From: a bacterium
GTDB taxonomy: Bacteria > Patescibacteriota > Dojkabacteria > JAOAGR01 > JBAXGO01
Assembly: GCA_037139335.1 (NCBI GenBank)
Contig: JBAXGO010000002.1
Span: forward strand, 851-64,850
DNA length: 64,000 nt
Reading direction: 5' to 3'
The notes under the pieces were generated by a model. The model did no database searches, had not been told where the DNA came from, and was given only the letters and a program-made list of their open reading frames with translations. A program made the translations under genes and the position numbers. Numbering within the stretch: position 1 is the first letter of the stretch; every line of letters starts with the position of its first letter. Positions 19,517 to 28,628 of the stretch are shown piece after piece.

Positions 19517-21238
19517 TCAGTTATATAAGATATTAAATAACTTGTCTTTAGGATAATGTTTGTCGTTTTTAAATATATATACTGTAGGATGATCAAATAT
19601 TTCAAAGGTCTCTTCAGCTTTTTCATCTGATAATTCTATCGGTCCTAAATGAGGATATGAAGATATTTTTTGTACAAGTGTATATCCAAGCTGTTCTTCA
19701 AATAATCTTGTGTAATATTTGCTAGTCAAAGGATATATTTTTGGTTGTTGACCTATAGAATTAACAAGTCTCTTACTTGATAAAATCATATAGTCCCCTC
19801 TAGCTAAATTATCTGACATAGTATCAAACTTAATTCTATTTTCTGGATCATAATTTTTCATTTCCAAAAAAGTATATTGCTTAGAGGGAAGCCCTTTAAT
19901 ACCATGAGGTAGGGAATAGTCCCAATGTTCTTTCAAAACAACACTCCCAGAGGGAATATTATTATAAATCCATTCTGATGCGGTAAATCTTGTTTGAGGT
20001 GTCGTGTAAATAGACATAAAAGCAATAACCCATATAATGGAGAACGAAACTACCAAAAGCAATAATATCTTACCAACCTTTTTGAATTTTATTGATGATA
20101 TTAATTTATCTATTAACCATGCAGATAATATTATAATAATCGGCAACATTGGCAACATATACCTAATAAATTTCGCATACCACCCCCCCGTATATACGAA
20201 ATAGAGGATACTAAATATTATCAACGGAAAAATATAAATAGTCTCTTTCTTTTTAATTATTAAAAAAAGACAAAGTAATATAGCGATGAAACCAACTATA
20301 GGAAGAATAATACTAGTATGCCACATCATATTAGTGAATGGATATACATATGGTAGTGTATCAAAAAATTGCCATGTATAAGGTACTTTAACAGTACCTG
20401 CAACCACACCACCTTCATACGTCATTGACGATTGGAATCTCTCAAGTCCAATCAAAGTATATGGCGACACAGCAAAAGCGATCACTGCGGTTACAAAAAG
20501 AAAACCTAGACCTTTGATAAAATGATGGATTAAAGCTAATTTATTTTTTCTATTTTTAAAAAAATTTATTAACCATACAGTACCAGGTATAGATAAAAAT
20601 GCTATGGAAGCTGTTTTTGAACCAATGGCGAGTCCACAAACAAGCGCCATGATACACCACAAATACGTTTTATTGCCTTTGATTAAATCAACTGATATTA
20701 ATGAAATCAGCATTAAAAAGAAAACTAGCATGCTTTCTGTAACTGAATAATGTGCATCTTGGATAAATCCCACGCAAAAAGAAGCTAATAATGCAGCAAA
20801 TAAAGCAGCACGTTTATTAAATACTTTGCGTGTAAATAAATATATTAAAATAATAGTTAATGTAGAAAAAATCGCCGAATATGTTCTTCCAATGATATTT
20901 ACTTTTGCAATATCAGTTTTCCATGTTATATCATTCGTAACAGTAGAAACTACTTGTGCTGTTCCCTTATATAAATAAATTGGAAAACCACCGTATGCAA
21001 AAAAATCTGGATCTAATTTATCGGGTATATTCACTTTATTGGCAGAAATCATCACATTTAGTTCATCTGGATGATAACTAAGTCCATTATCCCAATTCAA
21101 ATTGTAAAATCTGAAAAAACCACCTACTAATATTATTAGCAAAATTAGTACTAAGTGTGCTTTATCACTACTTAATTTCTTTATTATTAAACTATATATT
21201 TCTAGTGTTTTTTTAATAACTGGTTGAAGATCTTTCAT
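19517..21238 (-). CDS. GT-C fold glycosyltransferase (PMT_2/ArnT-like), paralogue of 16543-18249
   Basis: RFYNLNWD..YHPDE, KLDPDF, EHWDYSLP and DHPTVYI shared with the paralogue. Confidence 0.85.
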   Translation of the reverse strand: MKDLQPVIKKTLEIYSLIIKKLSSDKAHLVLILLIILVGGFFRFYNLNWDNGLSYHPDELNVMISANKVNIPDKLDPDFFAYGGFPIYLYKGTAQVVSTVTNDITWKTDIAKVNIIGRTYSAIFSTLTIILIYLFTRKVFNKRAALFAALLASFCVGFIQDAHYSVTESMLVFFLMLISLISVDLIKGNKTYLWCIMALVCGLAIGSKTASIAFLSIPGTVWLINFFKNRKNKLALIHHFIKGLGFLFVTAVIAFAVSPYTLIGLERFQSSMTYEGGVVAGTVKVPYTWQFFDTLPYVYPFTNMMWHTSIILPIVGFIAILLCLFLIIKKKETIYIFPLIIFSILYFVYTGGWYAKFIRYMLPMLPIIIILSAWLIDKLISSIKFKKVGKILLLLVVSFSIIWVIAFMSIYTTPQTRFTASEWIYNNIPSGSVVLKEHWDYSLPHGIKGLPSKQYTFLEMKNYDPENRIKFDTMSDNLARGDYMILSSKRLVNSIGQQPKIYPLTSKYYTRLFEEQLGYTLVQKISSYPHLGPIELSDEKAEETFEIFDHPTVYIFKNDKHYPKDKLFNILYN

Positions 21239-21319
21239 ATTTTTATTTTACTGTAAATGGTACATAAATTGACAAGATCTTGCAATATTTAATATTAGTG
21301 ATATTATTCATTTAAGCAA

Positions 21320-21485
21320 CAACGGATACTGTGAGCGTTGAAAGATACTTTCCGACAACTAAATATCGACTAAAAGTGAAATTAAAGGTGGCACCGTCTT
21401 GAATTTGTATTGCGAAATACATTGAAAAAACCATAGGACCCTTTTTACAGAGCAGTAATAATGTTTTGTAAAAAGGGTTTTTTAC
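21320..21485 (+). promoter_or_regulatory. T-box riboswitch (Ser) with transcriptional terminator upstream of serS
   Basis: AATTAAAGG-TGGCACC-GTC T-box at about 21380-21398 pairing with GGACCCTTT; terminator accctttttacag...ttgtaaaaagggt-TTTTT; candidate specifier UCC at 21351-21353. Confidence 0.8.
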
Positions 21486-21516
21486 TTTTGTTAATTATAA
21501 AGAAGTAATAAATTTA

Positions 21517-21597
21517 AACCTAATCAACTTATTAAACTTACTTAACTTACTTAACCTACTTAACCTACTTAACCTACTTAACCTACTTAACCTACAC
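21517..21597. repeat. 9-bp tandem repeat (AACYTACTT), about 9 units
   Basis: aacctaatc aacttatta (aacttactt)x2 (aacctactt)x4 aacctacac. Confidence 0.9.
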
Positions 21598-21614
21598 CTA
21601 TTAAACCAACTACC

Positions 21615-22973
21615 ATGTTAGATCCAAAATTTATAAGAGAAAATCCAGAACAAATAAAAACAATTGTTAAAAATAAAGGAACAAATCCAGAAAAAGCAAA
21701 TGTTGAAAAATGGCTTGAACTAGATAAAACTAGAACTGACTTATCAAACCAACTTGAAGAGGCTAACAGAAGAAGAAATGAGATAGCCAAACAATTATCT
21801 GGTGGAAATATTACTGATGATTTAAAAGAAGAAGGAAAAGCATTAAAACAAAAAGAACAGGAATTAAGAAATAAACTTACTGAAGTTGAAAACGAATGGA
21901 ATGAAATTGCAGCATGGTTTCCAAATGTTCCTTTTGACGATATAAAAGTCGGAAAAGACGATACGGAAAATCCTGAAATATTTGCATGGAGACCAGATAC
22001 TGGTGAGATTGATAAAAATAAACTTGGTGAAAATATGGATTCAGCTAAATATATGCCTGATAACCTACTTTATGCTGATAAAGAATTTACACCAAAACAT
22101 CATATCGATATACTGGAAGATTTAGGAATGGCCGATGTGGCACAAGGTGCAAAAATTGCAGGGACTAGATTCGTTTATCTAATGGGCGATATAGTAAGAC
22201 TTCAAAAAGCTGTTCATGCCTATATAATGAACCATTTGTATACAAAAGATTTTACTCCAGTTAATCCACCTTTGTTGGTTAAAGAAAAAGTTCTTTTTGG
22301 TACAAGTCATTTTCCTGAAGGAAGAGATCAAGTATATGAAATAAAAAATGAATTTCTTGAAGATAAAGATTCATTATTTTTAGTTGGAAGCAGTGAACCT
22401 TCAAATTTTGCTTATGGAATTGATAGAGTTTTTAAAGAAGAAGATTTACCATTAAAAATGGTTGCTATAACTCCGTGTTTTAGATCTGAAGTAGGAAGCT
22501 GGGGCAAAGATGTTCGCGGAATAAAAAGAGTTCACCAATTCGATAAATTAGAAATGGATATAATTTGCACTCAAGACCAGAGCAGCGATATTTATAATGA
22601 ATTATTGAATGTTAATCACTGGATATTACAAAGTTTAAAACTACCATACCATATTGTAGAAAAATGTACTGGAGATAGTGGTTATGCTGCTTCAGCTAGA
22701 CAAGCAGATCCAGAAGTATGGTTGCCTGGGCAAAAAACTTTTATGGAAGTAGGTACTGATACAAATGCTACTGATTTTCAAGCTAGAAGAATGAACATGA
22801 AATATATTGATAAAGATGGTAATAGAAAATTATGCCATACGGTAAACGATACAGGTGTTTCTGACAGAATATTGATTGCTATCATTGAAAATTATCAACA
22901 AAGTGACGGCTCTGTGCTCGTTCCTGAAGTACTAATTCCATTCATGGGAAAAGATAGAATAGTAAAGAAATAA
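21615..22973 (+). CDS. serS: Serine--tRNA ligase
   Basis: MLDPKFIREN, coiled-coil arm, motif 2 CFRSEVGSWGKDVRGIKRVHQFDKLE, DFQARR, ENYQQSDGSVLVPEVL. Confidence 0.96.
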   Translation: MLDPKFIRENPEQIKTIVKNKGTNPEKANVEKWLELDKTRTDLSNQLEEANRRRNEIAKQLSGGNITDDLKEEGKALKQKEQELRNKLTEVENEWNEIAAWFPNVPFDDIKVGKDDTENPEIFAWRPDTGEIDKNKLGENMDSAKYMPDNLLYADKEFTPKHHIDILEDLGMADVAQGAKIAGTRFVYLMGDIVRLQKAVHAYIMNHLYTKDFTPVNPPLLVKEKVLFGTSHFPEGRDQVYEIKNEFLEDKDSLFLVGSSEPSNFAYGIDRVFKEEDLPLKMVAITPCFRSEVGSWGKDVRGIKRVHQFDKLEMDIICTQDQSSDIYNELLNVNHWILQSLKLPYHIVEKCTGDSGYAASARQADPEVWLPGQKTFMEVGTDTNATDFQARRMNMKYIDKDGNRKLCHTVNDTGVSDRILIAIIENYQQSDGSVLVPEVLIPFMGKDRIVKK

Positions 22974-23023
22974 ATTGTTCTATTCCTCACTTAGTTTATA
23001 GTATAAGAGACAATATTATTAAT

Positions 23024-23059
23024 AAAAAACACCCCAGCGAAAGTTGGTGGTGTTTTTTT
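23024..23059. terminator. Bidirectional intrinsic terminator
   Basis: aaaaaacacc...cagcgaaagttg...ggtgttttttt. Confidence 0.75.
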
Positions 23060-23094
23060 CTTTAGTGAAAAATTTATACTTTACTTGGAAGAAA

Positions 23095-24969
23095 CTATAA
23101 ATCTACAACTATTGAATTAGAGTATATTGAAATACCGTCATGGTAGAAACCAATAATTCTGACATAATAAACACCTACTCCAGATAATGGTGAAAGATTT
23201 GCCGACAAAAGATCGGTATCAGTTATATAAACACCATAATCTCCTAATCTATACGGATCTTCTGGATTAGGATTTTTTGACCACAACACTTTAAATGAAT
23301 TTGGTTTTTCACCATTGAATGACCATTTAACATTAGTAAAACCATCATAATTCAAGGTTATCGATGATGGAACTACTGTAGCCGTAGGTAACGGCGTAGG
23401 CGTTGGCGTTAGAATTGGTGCTGTAATTGTAACAGTATTGCTATATATACCACATTTATTACCAATATACTGACAAATCCTAGCATAGTAGACCTTACCA
23501 TCAGAAACCAACCATTTATAACTTCTTAAATCACCATCGTCAAGATATATGAAATTACTACCAGGATAAACTGGTGATGGTTTGGAATCTAATAATACTT
23601 TATATCCTTTACTTACATTTGCACCATATACACTCCATTCAAAATTTAAACCATCTGATGATTTTGTTACTACTAAAGTTAACGTTCCCAAATTCGGTAT
23701 CGGTGTTGAAGTGGGCTTAGGTGTTGGGGTAACTTTCTTTGTAATACTAGGTGTTGGAGAAGGTGACGACATTATAATTCGACTCTTAATAGTAGGATTA
23801 ATAACGTCTGTTATTTTTGGCGATTTAGTTACATATATATTCTTAATTGTTTTATGATTCTGATCTGAAACGGCTTCTACTAAAATTATGTTATTTCCAT
23901 CATGTAATGTCACTGAGAATTCAAAATATCCATTTTTAGTAGCAATTTCATTATTATTAATATATATTTTTGTATTTATATCAGTGCTACCTTTAATGAC
24001 AATATTATCTTCATTCGTAATAGTATTATTTGAGGGTGAACTTATTGTTAATGTAGGAACGGATATGTTAACCAAAACACCCATATTTTTATTATAATTC
24101 GGATTTTGTTCATCCTCTTGCTTATTCCATACTACAAAATTATTCTTTAACATTTCTTCTGATGAAATAGGATCTATAATACCAATTGCTGTTTGATCAT
24201 CGTTATTTTCAAAATAATATTTATTGCCTTGATCTACAGAAACTTCACTATTTAATGGTTTTCCCGATATATTTACGACATTATCATAGACCTCAACGCC
24301 TTTTTTACCAACTCTATTTATTGTTAAATATGCAGTTCCCAAGGAAATATAACTTATATCATTACTTTTGACTTGAAAACTTCGATCTAGCTTTATTACT
24401 CTAGAATATATTTCCCCTGTATTATTAGTAAAGATTAGATCATGAGGATTCAAAGATGTTATTTCTAATTCAGTATCATCGCCAAGACGCAAAGAACTAC
24501 CTTCACCGAGTCTCACCACAGCCTTTCCTTTTCCATTAACTCTTAAAGTATCACCTTCCGCAAGCGTTGATTGTTCATCAAGTTTTAACCAAGCCCCATC
24601 TAATTGTTTTCTTTCAACTTCCCCTTCAACATATTCTAAACTAGCTGTCGTATTATTATCTAGATTACCTTTTGGACTTTCTTTATTTGGTAATAATAAT
24701 AATATAGAAACAGCTAAAAGTAAAAAAAAGAACATAAAAGAAATAGCAATAGTTCCGTATAAGAAATTTTTATTTTTGTATAAGCAAACTATTTTTCTTA
24801 GTATGGAGGCTTCTGTATTTAAGTTAATACTTTGTATATGTATTTTATTTAGTAGTGAATCTTCAAAACCTCCGGACATAAACTCCATACAGTCTTTTTC
24901 TTCAATCCTTGCAGACTTAAGCAATTTTTCTGCTGTTATATTATATTTTTGTTTATTTTTTTCTGTCAT
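23095..24969 (-). CDS. Membrane-anchored FecR-domain protein with Ig-like and two FN3-like domains; probable anti-sigma/surface sensor
   Basis: TM aa about 70-93; VEGEVE..LAEGDTLRV..AVVRLGEGSSLRLGDDTELEI..SLGT FecR pattern; PTLTISSP Ig-like; TP linkers; downstream of an ECF sigma. Confidence 0.75.
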   Translation of the reverse strand: MTEKNKQKYNITAEKLLKSARIEEKDCMEFMSGGFEDSLLNKIHIQSINLNTEASILRKIVCLYKNKNFLYGTIAISFMFFFLLLAVSILLLLPNKESPKGNLDNNTTASLEYVEGEVERKQLDGAWLKLDEQSTLAEGDTLRVNGKGKAVVRLGEGSSLRLGDDTELEITSLNPHDLIFTNNTGEIYSRVIKLDRSFQVKSNDISYISLGTAYLTINRVGKKGVEVYDNVVNISGKPLNSEVSVDQGNKYYFENNDDQTAIGIIDPISSEEMLKNNFVVWNKQEDEQNPNYNKNMGVLVNISVPTLTISSPSNNTITNEDNIVIKGSTDINTKIYINNNEIATKNGYFEFSVTLHDGNNIILVEAVSDQNHKTIKNIYVTKSPKITDVINPTIKSRIIMSSPSPTPSITKKVTPTPKPTSTPIPNLGTLTLVVTKSSDGLNFEWSVYGANVSKGYKVLLDSKPSPVYPGSNFIYLDDGDLRSYKWLVSDGKVYYARICQYIGNKCGIYSNTVTITAPILTPTPTPLPTATVVPSSITLNYDGFTNVKWSFNGEKPNSFKVLWSKNPNPEDPYRLGDYGVYITDTDLLSANLSPLSGVGVYYVRIIGFYHDGISIYSNSIVVDL

Positions 24970-24984
24970 TTCAGTATTATAACG

Positions 24985-25560
24985 TTAAGTCATATCGAAT
25001 ATTTCAATACCAGGGAAATTTTTATTATACTTGTCCCTGAAGGATTTTAAGGCTCTGTGAGTAAGTAACGCTACATTCGATTTAGTCATTCCAAGAATTT
25101 CTGCTATCTCTTCGTTATCTCTTTCCATAAAATATTTTAAACTAATTACTTCTTGGTATCTAGGTTTAAGTTTTTTCATGACTTCAGCAATCATTTTTTG
25201 GGATTCTGTAATATACGCTTGTTTCTCTGTATTTGTTTTTTCATCAATAATTTCATCGTCCTCATTGGAAGAAACATAGTGATATTTTTTATTTTTTCTA
25301 TAAAAATCAATAATTAGGTTATGCGCAACTCTGTATAACCATGAACCAAAACGAATATTTTCTTGAAGCTTGTATTTACTCAAATCTCGAGTTACTTTCA
25401 AAAACACTTCGCTTGTAATATCTTCTGCCAATTCTTTATTAGCCAATCTATTTAAACAATAGCCAAATATTTTTGGAAAATAATACCTATATACTTCATC
25501 AAAATAATGAATATCTTCTTTAGACTTTTCTATAAGTTGTAATTCTTTTTCAAAATCCAC
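24985..25560 (-). CDS. ECF RNA polymerase sigma factor
   Basis: AEDITSEVFLK, FGSWLYRVAHNLIIDFYRK, region 4 EIAEILGMTKSNV..LTHRALK. Confidence 0.93.
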   Translation of the reverse strand: MDFEKELQLIEKSKEDIHYFDEVYRYYFPKIFGYCLNRLANKELAEDITSEVFLKVTRDLSKYKLQENIRFGSWLYRVAHNLIIDFYRKNKKYHYVSSNEDDEIIDEKTNTEKQAYITESQKMIAEVMKKLKPRYQEVISLKYFMERDNEEIAEILGMTKSNVALLTHRALKSFRDKYNKNFPGIEIFDMT

Positions 25561-25761
25561 TTTGGAATAATAAATTTATATATAAGCGCCCCGATCTAAA
25601 GATTATACCTTTTTATATAAAGACACTCTGCATATCATAATATTTTATTAATTATTGTTTTCAAACATATAATTTGCAAACAATAATTATACCTCATATA
25701 TATAGCTTTGGCACTCTCTCGGACAGATTCATTATACTACCCAAGCTTTCTTGCCAAGCCA

Positions 25762-25796
25762 TTGACAGGCGAGCCCCGTCTAATATATATTTAGAC
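25762..25796 (+). promoter_or_regulatory. lexA promoter with overlapping palindromic operator GTCTAA-N7-TTAGAC
   Basis: TTGACA at 25762; perfect dyad 25778-25796 covering the -10 region. Confidence 0.6.
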
Positions 25797-25824
25797 ATTC
25801 AAGTAAATATTAAATTAACTATGT

Positions 25825-26439
25825 ATGGCAGATATACTTCATCCAATACAACAAAAAATATATGATTTAATAAAAAAAGGATATCAAGATCCTTTATCGT
25901 TACGAGAAATTGCCATATTGATAGGTGAAAAAAATCATCAAAATGTAGCTCACCATATAAAACAGCTTGAGAAAAAAGGATATCTCAGAAAAAACCCTCA
26001 AAATGCACAAGAAATTGAGGTTTTAAAAGATCCCGTCGAAAATGCTGTCTATTTAAATGTATTTGGATTTGCACAATGTGGACCAAGTGGTCTTTTGGCA
26101 CAAGATAATATCTTTGATAAAGTAATAATTTCATCAAAGATGTTTGGAATGGGTAATTCTGATGATTTTTTCTGTGTTAAGGCAAGAGGAGAATCGATGG
26201 AACCGCAAATTTATGAAAAAGACTTAGTAATAGCCAAAAAACAAATGGATGTAGAGAATAATCAAATTGCAATAATAGTCCATAATGAAATGCCAAAAAT
26301 AAAGAAAATATTAAAAACAGGTGATAACATCGTTCTTTTTTCGCTCAATCCATCTTTTTCACCAGAACAGGTGAAAGATAATGATACCTTTCAAATTTAT
26401 GGTTTGGTAAAACATGTGATACGCTTTAATGTATCATGA
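25825..26439 (+). CDS. lexA: LexA-family repressor (winged HTH plus S24 peptidase)
   Basis: SLREIA..HHIKQLEKKGY; QCG cleavage site; GESM serine and KIKK lysine. Confidence 0.85.
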   Translation: MADILHPIQQKIYDLIKKGYQDPLSLREIAILIGEKNHQNVAHHIKQLEKKGYLRKNPQNAQEIEVLKDPVENAVYLNVFGFAQCGPSGLLAQDNIFDKVIISSKMFGMGNSDDFFCVKARGESMEPQIYEKDLVIAKKQMDVENNQIAIIVHNEMPKIKKILKTGDNIVLFSLNPSFSPEQVKDNDTFQIYGLVKHVIRFNVS

Positions 26440-27725
26440 GTACAAAACCGCGTGTTATATTTCACGTGGATATGAATTCATATTTTGCCTCTGTAGCACA
26501 GCACTTTCACGAAGAGTTAAGAAATAAACCAATAGGAGTTATGGGCAAAGGGAAAGGAACGTTCGTAATTGCAGCATCCAAAGAAGCCAAAAGATATGGC
26601 GTAAAAACTGGAATGCATAAAAATGAAGCAACTAAACTATGCCCAAATATTATATTTTTTCCACCTGAATTTGAAAATTATGTTTTTATTACAGGAAAAA
26701 TACTAGAAATTTTCAATGATTTTTCACCTGTTATAGAACCATTTTCCATAGACGAAGCATTTTTGGATATGACAAATTCATATTGGATAAAAATAGGCAT
26801 GAATCCTGTCGATATTGCGTATAGATTGAAATTGGAGTTAAAAGAAAGACTAGGTGATGTAATTACGTGTTCTATAGGTATCGCAGATAATAAACTAATG
26901 GCAAAGTTTGGTTCTGATATGAAGAAACCCAATGGACTCGTATATCTACAACCAGATAATTACATAAATGTACTAGATCAATTCCCACTTGATGATATTT
27001 GCGGCATAGGAAGAAGGACTTTGGAGCATTTGCAATTTATAAATATCAATACATTTGCCGAACTACGGAATACTCATTTTTCTATTTTGAAAAGAGAATT
27101 TGGAAATGTAGAAGGACGTTTTCTTTACCTTGCATCTAGAGGTCTAGATTACCATCCTGTGGATACTGGTGCATTTTTTGAAGATCCCAAAAGTTTATCT
27201 AATAGCGAGACATTCACTGAAAATAAATCTGGAAGTGCTCTTCGATCAAGCATATATAAATTATGCGAAAAAGTCAGCTTAAGATTACGGATCAAAGGCT
27301 TATTCTGCAAAAACATTTCTTTTTTAATCAAAGATAAATCTTTTAACTGTTTCTCTTATGATCAAAAATTACCATCATATACCAATAATACACTGGATAT
27401 TTTTCATAGTGTAATAAAAAACATTCCGAATAATTATGTTTCTAAATTTGTTTGTATTGCTGCAACCAACCTATCCCGCCAAAAAGATCAAGATCTATTT
27501 GATGAAACAGAAAGAAAAGATAATTTACAAAAAGCACTTGATAATATAAACCAAAAATACGGACATTTTACGGTTATACCAGCATCAATCAACAAACCAG
27601 ATGGACCAGCTGTAGACGTGCCTTTTTCAGCATTAGATAATGATGCAAAGACAGGTAGAAATTTAGCAGAATTGGCAGAAAAGAATTTAGATAAAATAAA
27701 ACATAAAATTCTTCATAGCTCGTAA
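26436..27725 (+). CDS. dinB: Y-family DNA polymerase IV
   Basis: HVDMNSYFASV, AASKEAKRYGV, SIDEAFLD, MAKFGSDMKKPNG, GIGRR. Confidence 0.92.
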   Translation: MSTKPRVIFHVDMNSYFASVAQHFHEELRNKPIGVMGKGKGTFVIAASKEAKRYGVKTGMHKNEATKLCPNIIFFPPEFENYVFITGKILEIFNDFSPVIEPFSIDEAFLDMTNSYWIKIGMNPVDIAYRLKLELKERLGDVITCSIGIADNKLMAKFGSDMKKPNGLVYLQPDNYINVLDQFPLDDICGIGRRTLEHLQFININTFAELRNTHFSILKREFGNVEGRFLYLASRGLDYHPVDTGAFFEDPKSLSNSETFTENKSGSALRSSIYKLCEKVSLRLRIKGLFCKNISFLIKDKSFNCFSYDQKLPSYTNNTLDIFHSVIKNIPNNYVSKFVCIAATNLSRQKDQDLFDETERKDNLQKALDNINQKYGHFTVIPASINKPDGPAVDVPFSALDNDAKTGRNLAELAEKNLDKIKHKILHSS

Positions 27726-27726
27726 A

Positions 27727-28572
27727 TTACAAACTACTTGAATTAGTCATCCTAACTGTAGATAATTCGAAAAGATTATTTTTTGTAATTTCAGTTCCAT
27801 ATTTAGTAGTTCTGGCTAATTTATAACCGCTTTCTAAAGCTATTTTTTCTACCAATTGATTATACTTACCACAAGGGTAGATTAAAGTCTCAGTATTTTG
27901 CCCAAGTATAGTATCTAAGTCTTTTTTCGACTGTCCTAATTGGTTTTTCAAAGATTCTTCAGATAAAGTAGAAAGATCTGCATGGCTTACAGTATGCGAT
28001 ATAATTTCATTACCATTATTCTTTAACTCTTTAATATTATCCCAACTCATATAGCCAGGATTACCGACATATCCAGTAATTATTGCAAAAGATCCTTTTT
28101 GATTATATTTTTTCATTATTGGATAAGCATTAATGTAATTATTGTCATAACCATCATCAAATGAAATAATTATCGGTTTGGTTGGAAGTGGAGCACCTTT
28201 TTGAACATGCTGAATCAATTCATTAAAGGATATCGTTGTATAACCAGAGGCTATTAATTCTTTTATATTTCTTTCAAAATTAGCCGGAGATACAGACAAT
28301 CCTGTCCCAATGGGATCTTTTGAATTATTATAATCTCTAATATGGTGATACATGAGTATAGGCATTTTTAGCGAATCAAAGGCAACGACCTTTATTTCTG
28401 GATCTTTCTTTTGAATTATGTTGTTTTCATTATATGTAATTCTTGAAATGGCGGTTAAAGATTCAGAATATACTTCGATATTTTGAGCTTCTACACTTCG
28501 AATTACTGATAAAATTATTGTTGAAATCAATAAAAATATTAAAAATATTGATGAAATATTGTGTTTTGTCAT
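27727..28572 (-). CDS. Secreted polysaccharide deacetylase (CE4)
   Basis: PILMYHH, SFDDGY, SHTVSH, YPCG; N-terminal signal/TM. Confidence 0.9.
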   Translation of the reverse strand: MTKHNISSIFLIFLLISTIILSVIRSVEAQNIEVYSESLTAISRITYNENNIIQKKDPEIKVVAFDSLKMPILMYHHIRDYNNSKDPIGTGLSVSPANFERNIKELIASGYTTISFNELIQHVQKGAPLPTKPIIISFDDGYDNNYINAYPIMKKYNQKGSFAIITGYVGNPGYMSWDNIKELKNNGNEIISHTVSHADLSTLSEESLKNQLGQSKKDLDTILGQNTETLIYPCGKYNQLVEKIALESGYKLARTTKYGTEITKNNLFELSTVRMTNSSSL

Positions 28573-28628
28573 AGAAAATAAATACCATATACATATATGT
28601 ATAGAGGGGGACAGTATTTATTTAAATT

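Noticed and set aside
19516-19626. N-terminal extension of the hydrolase ORF given in the track
   Set aside because: Overlaps the upstream GT-C gene; the internal ATG at 19515 fits family length
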